From assembly GCA_049510395.1 (NCBI GenBank), contig JBEKYY010000025.1, positions 3,670-67,669 of the forward strand: a stretch of DNA of 64,000 nucleotides, written 5' to 3'. Position numbers and translations under genes: made by a program. The notes below the pieces were generated by a model. It made no database searches. It was given only the letters and a program-made list of their open reading frames with translations, and was not told the origin of the DNA. The DNA comes from Verrucomicrobiota bacterium (lineage in GTDB: Bacteria; Verrucomicrobiota; Verrucomicrobiia; Limisphaerales; UBA11358). The first letter of the stretch is position 1. Each line of letters opens with the position of its first letter. Shown here in pieces: positions 43,490-53,124 of the stretch.

Positions 43490-43731
43490 CCCTCTCCTCC
43501 CCAAAGGAGGAGAGGGGCGGGGTGAGGAGGCCGATTATTCAAGCTCAAATCCCCTCGCCCCAGCCCTCTCCCCGCTCGGGCGGGGAGAGGGAGTCGGCCC
43601 AGAGACATTCGGCACATTCTTTAAATTGGTAGGGACGGTTCGCCGAGCCGTCCGTTCGTCCATCGGGCAGGGACGCGCGGCCCGCGCGGCCGCTTCGGTC
43701 GCCTCGGCGATGCGACCCTGCCTTTGCACCG
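43490..43731. repeat. Cluster of GC-rich REP-like hairpins
   Basis: CCCTCTCCTCC-N5-GGAGGAGAGGG (43490-43516). CCCTCTCCCCGC-N4-GCGGGGAGAGGG (43564-43591). GGACGG..CCGTCC at about 43632-43652. An outer GGCAGGG...CCCTGCC pair extends to about 43731. Confidence 0.65.
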
Positions 43732-43805
43732 ATTATCACCGGGAAATGATGGTGATGCTCTTGTTCGTCCCATCGTCAGAGATGGAATAGCTGCTGTTCG
43801 AACAA

Positions 43806-46800
43806 CTACGGCCCGACCAGCACGCGATAGAAACGTCGGTCGTTGGTGGCGTGGTTGTCTTGGATGAAGGCCGGACTGCCGGACAGGTTGGTGGTCAGCA
43901 CCGTGAACCAATTGGACATGGGCAGAGCGACATTGGTAGAAGCCAGAATCGTGTAGTTCTGGCCTGTGATGCCCGTAAGCAGGAAGTCAAACTGGGTGAC
44001 GGACCCTCTTGCGGGCTGGCTGAGCACTGGAACGCCCGAAGGCGCAGCCAGGAAAAAGACGGTTTGAACGCTGACAAGGGTCAGGCCGACCGCACCAGGA
44101 TAGGCCGTTGTGTTGACGCTGGTCGCCCGGGTGAAGATGATGACGCCGGCGTAGTTCCCGCCCAACTGGAAGGTGTTGGTGGGGACCACCACGGACGTCG
44201 CGTTGCCTCTGAGTGCGATTGACGAATTCGTTGCTGGATTGGGTGTGCTGAAAATCGTTGCGCCGTTGTGGTCCAAAATAAACACCCAGATGGTGTCATT
44301 GGTCGTTGCATCCGGCGGATTGCTCCATTGCAGCGTGAAGGGACTGGTGGGGGTGACGGCCTGGGCCGCCGCAAAGTTGCTGACGAGCGGCGCGGCGGGA
44401 TACACCACCACTGGCATTGTCAGGACCGGGAACTGGAACCCGTTATCCATGGTGGCCATTGCAAACGTATAGTCCCCGTTTGTATAGACCGCGTCCAGGG
44501 CAGCCTGGCTGGCATAGGTGTCATGCACTTGCAATTTGATATCGCTCAAGCCCGATGGGAAGCCTCGGATCGCACCGCTGGGCAGGTACACGTTGGCAAT
44601 GGGGACGGTGTCCAGGTCAGACTGAACAATGCACAGGTACGCATTGAACGGGCCATGGTTGGTGTCGGGCACGACATTGGTGGTGCTGGTCTGCAGGAAG
44701 GCTTCCAGCTTCATGACGTAATAGACCAGCACGTCCACCGGCGCGGCCGTGATGGTGAGCGACAGGTCCTGGTTCGTCGTGTGGCCGTTACCGTCGTCCA
44801 CGTGCACAGTAAAATTATACGTGCCGGTATCGGTGGGCGTGCCGTAAATTTCTCCGGAAGAATCGAAGCTCAAATCCGGCGGAAAATCCTCCGGATCATT
44901 TAACGACCAGGTAAGATTGCCGACGCAACTGGAGCCGCTCAGTAAAACATCGTAGTAAATACTCACCTGACCGTCCGGCAAGTTGGTGGTAAGGATTTGC
45001 ACGCCGCTGCAAAGCTGGACGGTGAAATTGTTGGTGGCATTGTTGTTGTTAATGACTGCCGTCTGGTTGTCGGGGCACTGATAAGTGCCGGGGCCGAGAA
45101 TGTTGTTCAAGTTGTTCATATCACCGCCGGGACCGCCGCTGCAAAGGACGCTGACGGTCCAATTGCCGTTGATCACGTTCAGCGAGTAATTGCCGCCGCT
45201 GTCCGTGCCGGCAATGGTATGGTAATCCGAGTTGCTAATCGTTGCGCTGGCCCATACGCCTACCCCCGGAATGGAATTGCTATTGCCGGTCTGGACATGG
45301 CCGGTGATGTGATTGGTCGCCAGAATGGCCGTGAAGTTGACCACGGGATTGTTGTTGGTGATGCCCACCGTTTGACTTCCGCAGAGATAGCCGCCGGGCA
45401 AACTGTAATCGCCTCCTCCAGTCTGGACGCTCACAGTCCACGTGTTGCTGTTGGCGACGTTCAACCAATAGTTGCCACTGCTGTCCGTGTCCACCCCGGT
45501 CTGGAAATTGGTGCCATTGATGTTCGCATTCGCCGATACCCATACACCCACGGCATTGGTACCGTTGACGGTGACATTGCCGGTGATGTGATTGGTGGCG
45601 AGGATGGCGGTAAAATTCTGAAGCACGGCCTGTCCGGCATTGATATTGCCGTTTATAGTCTCTTGTGTAAAAACATAATTGGTAAGTTGATTGTCGCTGT
45701 TGGCCTGCATCCACCAGTAATCGTTGGCGCCCAAGCCCAGCACGCCCAGTACATAGTTCCCGTTCGCATCCGTGTAACCGTCCGTTTGATAAAGACTGTA
45801 GTTCTGGTCATTTGCATAAACGTCCAATGCCGTCAGGGGATTTCCCAGATTGTCCTTCACGCTGCCATAAATCAGCGCGGTGGCCTTGGGCACAGCTATG
45901 GTGACGCCTGTGGCGCCGGTGTTGACATTGGTTCTATTCTGCAATCCCAGATAGCCGTGAACAATCAGGCTGGTGTCATCAGCCTTGACACTCCACTGGC
46001 CGGATTGGACGCGCAAGTAGAAATTGCCATTGGTATCGGTGGTAGTGACCGCAAACAGGCCGTTGGTGCCTTGCGCCGAAACCATCACCCCAGGCAATCC
46101 GATGGTCTGGTTGTTGGTATCAACCACCTTGCCGGAAATGTTCTGCGTGGCGTTGGTCAAAGTCAGATTCGTGGTCACGGTCGCGCCGCTGCCCAAGATA
46201 ACAACCGGCGCCGTCGCCCAGCTCGCCAGATAATTGCTCCGGAAAGCCGCAAGCATATAAGTCCCCGGCGGCGCCTGAACGGTGTAGCTGCCCGCATTGT
46301 CCGCCACCACTCCAGCCACCGGCGAGCCGCCAGGTCCGCTCTTTCCCGGACGCGGGGGAGGAAACAGCATGACACTGGCATTGGACACCACCGTGCTGGT
46401 GGCGTTGCTCACCACGTTGCCGGTGAACTTTTGTAGGAAGGGAAAATTCGTGACCGCAAACTGGTTGGTGAGCGGCTCGAAATGGCCCCCGGGGCTGGAC
46501 AGCTTATACAAATATTTCCCGACGATGTTCTGCACGAAATCCCCATTTTGAAAATTCAACGTCGCGGTGATGGCGCCCGTGGTGGCATTCAAATCGCCGG
46601 GCACATTGAAATTGGTCACCCCACCAATCACAAAGTTTGTCCCATCCTGCAAAGTGAACTGCTGCACCAGCCAATCGGTGCCATCAATGACGCCGTTGGT
46701 GTTGAGATCGAGAAATTTTTGGACGACCACCGTCTTGTTCGTCAACCCGCCAATTTGCAGGGTGATGGTTCCAGCGTAGGTGTTGCTGACGGCGGACGGC

Positions 46801-46910
46801 GTGTTGGTGAAAGTAACGGCTGCCAGAAGGTTTTGACACAGGAGCAATCCCGTCGGCAGGGCGAGCAACCTGATCAGCGCCGCACCCAGACCAGACGATT
46901 TTGTTTTCAT
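43806..46910 (-). CDS. Large secreted protein with multiple carboxypeptidase-regulatory-like (CarboxypepD_reg) beta-sandwich repeats, a cadherin/He_PIG-like Ig domain and the conserved C-terminal tail
   Basis: Signal MKTKSSGLGAALIRLLALPTGLLLCQNLLA. Repeats such as GKVVDTNNQTIGLPGVMVSA...TDTNGNFYL and ITGNVTVNG...GVDTDSSGNYWL. LPDGQVSIYYD...GEIYGTPTDTGTYNFTVHVDD. Ends with ...RRFYRVLVGP. Confidence 0.75.
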   Translation of the reverse strand: MKTKSSGLGAALIRLLALPTGLLLCQNLLAAVTFTNTPSAVSNTYAGTITLQIGGLTNKTVVVQKFLDLNTNGVIDGTDWLVQQFTLQDGTNFVIGGVTNFNVPGDLNATTGAITATLNFQNGDFVQNIVGKYLYKLSSPGGHFEPLTNQFAVTNFPFLQKFTGNVVSNATSTVVSNASVMLFPPPRPGKSGPGGSPVAGVVADNAGSYTVQAPPGTYMLAAFRSNYLASWATAPVVILGSGATVTTNLTLTNATQNISGKVVDTNNQTIGLPGVMVSAQGTNGLFAVTTTDTNGNFYLRVQSGQWSVKADDTSLIVHGYLGLQNRTNVNTGATGVTIAVPKATALIYGSVKDNLGNPLTALDVYANDQNYSLYQTDGYTDANGNYVLGVLGLGANDYWWMQANSDNQLTNYVFTQETINGNINAGQAVLQNFTAILATNHITGNVTVNGTNAVGVWVSANANINGTNFQTGVDTDSSGNYWLNVANSNTWTVSVQTGGGDYSLPGGYLCGSQTVGITNNNPVVNFTAILATNHITGHVQTGNSNSIPGVGVWASATISNSDYHTIAGTDSGGNYSLNVINGNWTVSVLCSGGPGGDMNNLNNILGPGTYQCPDNQTAVINNNNATNNFTVQLCSGVQILTTNLPDGQVSIYYDVLLSGSSCVGNLTWSLNDPEDFPPDLSFDSSGEIYGTPTDTGTYNFTVHVDDGNGHTTNQDLSLTITAAPVDVLVYYVMKLEAFLQTSTTNVVPDTNHGPFNAYLCIVQSDLDTVPIANVYLPSGAIRGFPSGLSDIKLQVHDTYASQAALDAVYTNGDYTFAMATMDNGFQFPVLTMPVVVYPAAPLVSNFAAAQAVTPTSPFTLQWSNPPDATTNDTIWVFILDHNGATIFSTPNPATNSSIALRGNATSVVVPTNTFQLGGNYAGVIIFTRATSVNTTAYPGAVGLTLVSVQTVFFLAAPSGVPVLSQPARGSVTQFDFLLTGITGQNYTILASTNVALPMSNWFTVLTTNLSGSPAFIQDNHATNDRRFYRVLVGP

Positions 46911-47250
46911 ATTTTTTCTTTCTGAGGTTTTTGTTTCAAACGGTCAAAAGGCATTAAGTCGGAAAGTCGGGCGGGCTGATATTTGGATGGGAAAAACGCC
47001 ATTGGAAAACGAAAGCCAGCTTCTGAAGACGGGACGAAGGGTGACTGGATTGAACCTACAATTCTCCTCCACCAAGAATGGAACAGCACACCCACAGTTG
47101 GTTTGGTAAGAAGTGCGACTGGTTTTCCCCTGCTTCTGCATAAACCGACCTGACCGTATTAACCATCCAGACGGAAACCCTGTCAATGAATTTTTGTCAA
47201 TAGGTGAAATCCGGGTGCATCTCACTTTTTGTGCAGGTAAATCTGACTCT

Positions 47251-47282
47251 CATTAACACCCCGCTAAAGCAGGGTGTTAATG
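47251..47282. repeat. REP-like hairpin CATTAACACCC-N10-GGGTGTTAATG (same family as 51692/51810)
   Basis: Perfect 11-bp stem. It shares CATTA(A/G)CACCC...GGGTG(T/C)TAATG with the elements at 51692-51835. Confidence 0.65.
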
Positions 47283-47324
47283 AAATGGGCGCAAAGCAAA
47301 TTGCTTCCCCGACTTCTTGAAATC

Positions 47325-47348
47325 AGGGCACTGACAAAGCAGTGCCCT
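47325..47348 (-). terminator. Hairpin downstream of rplI (AGGGCACTG-N6-CAGTGCCCT)
   Basis: Perfect 9-bp stem about 80 bp after the rplI stop. Followed on the minus strand by GATTTCAA, a weak U-tract. Confidence 0.45.
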
Positions 47349-47426
47349 CTCTGTCACGCCCCACCAGAATAAAAAAGCCACGGAAGATTCCGTGGCTTGA
47401 TGAAAACAAATTGTTTTGTTGCCGGC

Positions 47427-48167
47427 CTATTCGGCCTTTTTCTCCTTCTTTTCGTTCTTCGGAGCCTTGGGCGCCTTTTCAGCTTTTTCAGCCTTTACGT
47501 GCTTCTCGTCTTTGGGTTTGGTTTCAGCAGCTTCAGATTTTTCGGCCCGGCTGTGCTTCTCGCCATGCTTTTCGGCCTTGGGTCTGGCTTCGGCGGTTTC
47601 AGGTTTTCCGGCCTTTTCGCCTTCGACATCCCGCCGGCCATGGCCGCGTTTTTCACGTCGGGGTTCCCTGCCCTCTTCTTTTTTCGGTTCAGCAGGCACC
47701 GGCACAATCACCGGCGTGAGACTTTCGACGCGGACTTTGAGCGTGCCTTTGACTTCGGCGTGCAGATGCAGTTCGACTTCGTGGTCGCCCAGCGCGCGAA
47801 TCGGGTGTTCGAGGTGGATCTTCCGTTTGTCGAGCGAGATGTCGAACTGGTGCTTCAATTCGTCGGCAATCACGCCGGCGGTCACCGAGCCGAACATCTT
47901 GCCGTCCTCGCCCGCCTTGACCTTGATGATGCAGATGAGCTTGGCGACGCCCTTGGCGAGTTCGGTCATGGTGTTGAACTCGTGCGCTTCGCGTTCGGCG
48001 CGGCGCTGGCGCAAGGACTCAATCTGGCGTTTGTTGGCCATGGTCAGGGGGATGGCCAGGCGTTGCGGAAAAAGATAGTTGCGCGCGTAACCGGCGGCGA
48101 CCTTCACCTGGTCGGATTCGGCGCCGAGGCCGACGATGTTGTGCGTGAGAATGACTTCAGTCTTCAT
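47427..48167 (-). CDS. rplI: 50S ribosomal protein L9 with a ~95-aa Lys/Glu-rich C-terminal extension
   Basis: MKTEVILTHNIVGLGAESDQVKVAAGYARNYLFPQRLA is the L9 N-domain. The tail is ...PKKEEGREPRREKRGHG...KAEKAEKAPKAPKNEKKEKKAE. Confidence 0.9.
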   Translation of the reverse strand: MKTEVILTHNIVGLGAESDQVKVAAGYARNYLFPQRLAIPLTMANKRQIESLRQRRAEREAHEFNTMTELAKGVAKLICIIKVKAGEDGKMFGSVTAGVIADELKHQFDISLDKRKIHLEHPIRALGDHEVELHLHAEVKGTLKVRVESLTPVIVPVPAEPKKEEGREPRREKRGHGRRDVEGEKAGKPETAEARPKAEKHGEKHSRAEKSEAAETKPKDEKHVKAEKAEKAPKAPKNEKKEKKAE

Positions 48168-48218
48168 AAAAGTGGCATGTGACGGGTGACAAGTGAAGGG
48201 AAAATTCGCCCGGGAAAA

Positions 48219-48677
48219 TCAAAAGGGAACGTCGTCTCCTTCCGGGGGAGCGTCGGCTTCGCCACCTTCGGGCGTGGGCGCCGGGGAAGTTGCCGCCGGA
48301 CGTGAACGCGGGGCTTCGGCAGCACCGCCGCCCTCGCCGCGGTTTGCGGGGCCGACAAACTTGAACGTTTCCAAATCCACGCGGAGCTTGCTCTGTTTTT
48401 GGTTGGTTTGCTTGTCCTCCCACGTATGCAGGCGCAGGCGTCCCTCAACAAGAATCGGGCTGCCCTTTTTCAAGTATTGCGAGATCGTTTCCGCCGTCTT
48501 GCCGAAAGCGTCCACGTCAACAAACGTCACTTCTTCGCGCGTTTCACCCGTCTCGGTCTTCCAGACGCGATTGACGGCGAGGCCGATGCGGGCAACGGCC
48601 GTGCCCTTGGGCGTGTAACGGAGTTCGGGGTCGCGGGTGAGGTTTCCCATCAGGATGACTTTATTGAAGCTGGCCAT
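48219..48677 (-). CDS. ssb: Single-stranded DNA-binding protein
   Basis: MASFNKVILMGNLTRDPELRYTPKGTAVARIGLAVNR is the OB fold. It has a Gly/Pro-rich linker and an acidic tip, EGDDVPF. Confidence 0.9.
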   Translation of the reverse strand: MASFNKVILMGNLTRDPELRYTPKGTAVARIGLAVNRVWKTETGETREEVTFVDVDAFGKTAETISQYLKKGSPILVEGRLRLHTWEDKQTNQKQSKLRVDLETFKFVGPANRGEGGGAAEAPRSRPAATSPAPTPEGGEADAPPEGDDVPF

Positions 48678-49002
48678 AATTGGAATGGTTTGAGGGTTGC
48701 TTTGTGGGTTTCGGTTCGGGGGATTCGGTGAACAGCACGCGGAACACCTCCTCGTTCAGCGCGAACCTGGCGCGCAATTGCGCGACGCTCGTCGACGGGC
48801 CGGTGAAAATTACATTCGCGTAAAAGCCGGCGTTGTGCTTTTTGTCCGCCACACGCGCAAAATTCTTTTTATCCATTTTTTGCATGGTTTCGACTTTGCC
48901 GCCTGCCGACTCGATTTCCGCGGAAATTTTGTCGAGCGCATCTTTGACGCCCTCTTCCCTGCCCGTCAGGTTCAGGATGAACAGACCTTCGTATCGTTTC
49001 AC
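48661..49002 (-). CDS. rpsF: 30S ribosomal protein S6
   Basis: MKRYEGLFILN...KKNFARVADKKHNAGFYANVIF. Located upstream of ssb. Confidence 0.85.
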   Translation of the reverse strand: MKRYEGLFILNLTGREEGVKDALDKISAEIESAGGKVETMQKMDKKNFARVADKKHNAGFYANVIFTGPSTSVAQLRARFALNEEVFRVLFTESPEPKPTKQPSNHSNYGQLQ

Positions 49003-49607
49003 TGTTTTTTTTCTTCGTTCGCGGAGTCCACGACTCCGTTAAATTGGTTCATTGCTTTTTCAATTCCCGCATCCAACCAGCATTCCACCTGGTCGGCGGC
49101 ACGGTCCAAAACTTTTTCCATCAACGCGGCCTCGCCCGCGTCAAACCGTCCGAGCACATGATCCGTGATTTCCCGCGCGCCTTCCGCCCGGCCAATGCCG
49201 AGCCGCAACCGCGCAAAATCATTCGTGCCCAAATGCTGCTCGATGGACTCCAGTCCGTGATGGCCACCGCTGCCACCACCCGCCCGCAGGCGAATTTCGC
49301 CCAACGGCAAATCCGCATCGTCCATCGCCACCAACAGCTCCGACTGTGGTTGAAGCTGGTAAAAATTCTTCAATGCACCGACCGCATCGCCGCTCAAATT
49401 CATGAACGTCTGCGCCTGGCAGAGCAAAACGCGGACGCCGTTGCGTTCGGCACGTGCGACCCGGGCATTGAACTTTCGTTCGTTCGTCCATCTGGCGTTC
49501 CAGCGCACCGCCAGTTTTTCGACCAGCGTGAAACCGGCGTTGTGGCGCGTCTGCGCGTATTCCGCGCCGGGATTGCCCAAACCCACGATGAGACTCAAAT
49601 TCTCCAT
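48999..49607 (-). CDS. pth: Peptidyl-tRNA hydrolase
   Basis: LIVGLGNPGAEYAQTRHNAGF...MNLSGDAV...DDADLPLGEIRLRAGGGSGGHHGLESI. Confidence 0.9.
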   Translation of the reverse strand: MENLSLIVGLGNPGAEYAQTRHNAGFTLVEKLAVRWNARWTNERKFNARVARAERNGVRVLLCQAQTFMNLSGDAVGALKNFYQLQPQSELLVAMDDADLPLGEIRLRAGGGSGGHHGLESIEQHLGTNDFARLRLGIGRAEGAREITDHVLGRFDAGEAALMEKVLDRAADQVECWLDAGIEKAMNQFNGVVDSANEEKKQ

Positions 49608-49649
49608 GCGCGGTGCGGGCGCGGCGACCCTCGCGGATCGCCGGCAAAA

Positions 49650-50543
49650 TTATTTCTTTCTCTCCGCCAGCGCTTTCTCGCCGGGCTTGACGGCACCCTT
49701 GTCCGGAGCCGCGGCGGCAGCACCCTTGACCGGCGCCTTTTCGCCGGGCTTGACAGCGTCTTTTTCACCGGGCTTGGCAGCGCCTTTTTCACCGGGCTTG
49801 ACAGCGTCTTTTTCGCCAAGCTTGACAGCGCCTTTTTCGCCGGGCTTGACGGCGCCTTTTTCGCCCTTGGCCGGCGCAGCACCTTCTTCGCCTCCTTCTT
49901 TTTTCTCTTTGATCATTTCGACGTCGCCGGCGGACACCGCCTCGCCCTCCGCAACCGCAGCCACTTCTTCCTCTTCGGTGCGCGGCATGGCGACGGAGAT
50001 GACAGAAATGTTTTTGTCGCCGAGGATCTCGACACCCGCGGGCGCTTTGATTTCGCCGAGGTGGATTGATTTGCCGAGTTCGAGATGGCTCACGTCCACA
50101 ACCATCTGCTCGGGTAAATCCCTGGGCAGGGCACGCACCTTCAATTTGAAGACCACATGCTCGAGCACGCCACCAGCGTTTTTCACGCCGGCCGCTTCGC
50201 CGACGGTTTCCAGCGGCACCTGGATGACCACTTTTTCGTCTTCGGTCACTTCATGGAAATCCACGTGCAGCACGTCGCCTTCCAGCGGATGGTGCTGGAT
50301 TTCCTGCACCAGCGCGAGGCGCCTGGCACGGGCGTCGTTTTCGACGGACAAATCCACCAGCAAATTTTCGGAAGCGGAATGGTGAATGAGGTCGCTGATG
50401 TCCTTGGCGTTGACTTCGAGGTTTTGCGGTTTGGCCTGCCGGCCATAAATGACGGCGGGCACGCGCCCGGCGGCGCGCAACTTCCTGGCCCCGTTCCGAC
50501 GCGACTGCGTCCGGGGATACGCTTTCAACGGCACTGATTTCAT
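49650..50543 (-). CDS. rplY: 50S ribosomal protein L25 / general stress protein Ctc with a C-terminal KPGEK tandem-repeat tail
   Basis: ARKLRAAGRVPAVIYG...VQEIQHHPLEGDVLHVDF is the L25/Ctc domain. The tail is GEKGAVKPGEKGAVKLGEKDAVKPGEKGAAKPGEKDAVKPGEK... Confidence 0.85.
   Translation of the reverse strand: MKSVPLKAYPRTQSRRNGARKLRAAGRVPAVIYGRQAKPQNLEVNAKDISDLIHHSASENLLVDLSVENDARARRLALVQEIQHHPLEGDVLHVDFHEVTEDEKVVIQVPLETVGEAAGVKNAGGVLEHVVFKLKVRALPRDLPEQMVVDVSHLELGKSIHLGEIKAPAGVEILGDKNISVISVAMPRTEEEEVAAVAEGEAVSAGDVEMIKEKKEGGEEGAAPAKGEKGAVKPGEKGAVKLGEKDAVKPGEKGAAKPGEKDAVKPGEKAPVKGAAAAAPDKGAVKPGEKALAERKK
49653..49865 (-). repeat. Tandem 24-bp (8-aa) in-frame repeats at the 3' end of the L25/Ctc gene
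   Basis: About 6-8 units of the form GEK(G/D)A(V/A)KP. The plus strand shows the reiterated TCGCCGGGCTTGACxGCGxCTTTT. Confidence 0.85.
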
Positions 50544-50570
50544 CGTTAAATCATCTTTTACTGCGGCGCG

Positions 50571-51401
<831 letters not shown>

Positions 51402-51691
51402 AAACGTCTCGCCGTCGGGAAACGGCTGGACGGAGCATTTGCCGAGCTGGCTGCCGATGGATTTGCAGAGTTAATTGTATTTGTATTTCTGGTTAAAACG
51501 GCCATCGTCGCGCCGGAGCGGCGCTTCCGTCTGCGTTTTACTTTGACGAGACAAGTTGCCGCGCCGCGAAGGCGGAAAAAACCACCGCTGTCGCCGGATG
51601 AAATTTCAAAACGACTTTAGCAACGAACGAACCCGACGCAAGTGGAAATTGGGAATTATTGGCGGGCGCATCTCGATTTTTATGCGTCTCT

Positions 51692-51835
51692 CATTAGCAC
51701 CCGGCTTCAGCCGGGTGACTATGGAAAAATGGGAAATTCAGCCGTTTCAACGGCTTTTCGGCGGCGAGAAAACCCGTTAAAATGGGTTTGGCGCTCAGGC
51801 TATCGTCCACACCCGGCTGAAGCCGGGTGCTAATG
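51692..51835. repeat. Inverted pair of identical 26-nt REP-like elements (BIME-like)
   Basis: CATTAGCACCCGGCTTCAGCCGGGTG (51692-51717) is the exact reverse complement of 51810-51835. Each arm contains the hairpin CACCCGGC-TTCA-GCCGGGTG. The spacer is 92 bp. Confidence 0.85.
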
Positions 51836-51932
51836 AAAGGTTTTCATGCCATCGTTCAAAAATTAAGGTTCGCCCTGGCAGCGGGCGTCCGGCTGCTTGT
51901 CTTTGGCTGGCGCGTCACTTATTTTCGTCCCA

Positions 51933-53114
51933 ATGAAATATCGTCGTTTTGGCCGAACGGAGCTGGTGATGCCGGTGATTTCCTGCGGCGGGATGCGTTA
52001 TCAATTCAAGTGGCAGGACGTGGATCCGAAGGAAATCCCGCGCAAAAACCAGGAAAATCTGGAGGCCTGCATCCACCGGGCACTCGAACTGGGCATCAAT
52101 CACATCGAAACCGCGCGCGGCTACGGCACTTCCGAAATGCAACTGGGCAGCGTGCTGCCAAAACTGCCCCGCGACAAAATCATCGTCCAGACCAAGGTCA
52201 CGCCCCGGGCCACGCCGGAGGAATTTCTCAGAACCTTCGAGACTTCGATGAACTATTTGAAGCTCGACCACGTGGATTTGCTGGGGCTGCATGGGATCAA
52301 CAACCGCGAACTTCTGGACTGGTCACTGAAGAAAAACGGCTGTCTTGCCGCCGCGCGCCGGTTGCAGCAGGAGGGCCGCACGCGGTTCGTCGGTTTTTCC
52401 ACGCACGCGACGACCGACATCATTCTCGAAGCGGTGAACACCGGCGAGTTCGATTACTTGAACGTCCACTGGTATTTCGTGAACGAACTGAATTGGGCGG
52501 CGCTTGAAGCCGCGCACCGGCTCGACATGGGCGTCTTCATCATCAGCCCGAACGACAAGGGCGGGAAACTCTACGAGCCGTCGCCAAAGATGGTTGAACT
52601 CTGCGCGCCGCTGTCGCCGATGGTGTTCAACGACCTTTATTGCCTCGGGCGAAAGGAGGTCCATACACTCAGTTGCGGCGCCGACAAGCCCGGGGATTAC
52701 GACGAGCACGTTGCCGCGCTGAGATTTTACGACAATATTGCGGAGACGATTGCGCCGGTTGAAAAGCGGCTGCGCGCGGAAATGGAACGCGTGCTGGGCG
52801 CGGATTGGTGCGCGCGGTGGTTCGAGGGCCTGCCGAATTACGTGGACGTGCCGGGGCGGGTCAATGTGTCGGAAATCATGCGGCTGTGGACTTACGCGAA
52901 GTCGCTCGACCTCGTGGCGTGGGGCAAGATGCGTTACAATTTACTCGGACAGGCCGAGCACTGGTTTCCCGGCGAAAACGCGGCCAAGGTCCGCGAACTG
53001 GACCTGCAGGCCGTGCTGCGGAGCAGTCCGTTTGCAAACCGGATTCCCGGAATTTTGGAGGAATCGCACCGGATGCTTTTTGAGAAACCGGTGCAACGGC
53101 TCAGCGCCAGTTGA
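51933..53114 (+). CDS. Aldo/keto reductase family oxidoreductase (long, COG1453-like)
   Basis: [22 protein letters not shown]...[19 protein letters not shown]...VDLLGLHGI. Confidence 0.8.
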   Translation: MKYRRFGRTELVMPVISCGGMRYQFKWQDVDPKEIPRKNQENLEACIHRALELGINHIETARGYGTSEMQLGSVLPKLPRDKIIVQTKVTPRATPEEFLRTFETSMNYLKLDHVDLLGLHGINNRELLDWSLKKNGCLAAARRLQQEGRTRFVGFSTHATTDIILEAVNTGEFDYLNVHWYFVNELNWAALEAAHRLDMGVFIISPNDKGGKLYEPSPKMVELCAPLSPMVFNDLYCLGRKEVHTLSCGADKPGDYDEHVAALRFYDNIAETIAPVEKRLRAEMERVLGADWCARWFEGLPNYVDVPGRVNVSEIMRLWTYAKSLDLVAWGKMRYNLLGQAEHWFPGENAAKVRELDLQAVLRSSPFANRIPGILEESHRMLFEKPVQRLSAS

Positions 53115-53124
53115 GACGTGTTCC

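Noticed and set aside
44997-50385. ORFs 44997..46436(+), 47397..48182(+), 47416..48078(+), 49044..50069(+) and 49402..50385(+).
   Set aside because: They are antisense to the 1034-aa protein gene, rplI, pth and the L25 gene. Their low-complexity repeats mirror the K/E-rich and KPGEK tails on the coding strand.
51556-51833. ORFs 51556..51780(+) and 51642..51833(+) in the prs-AKR spacer.
   Set aside because: They run through the inverted REP pair, giving ..LAPGFSRV.. and ..HPAEAGC.. pseudo-peptides. These are typical mis-called hypothetical proteins generated by REP hairpins.
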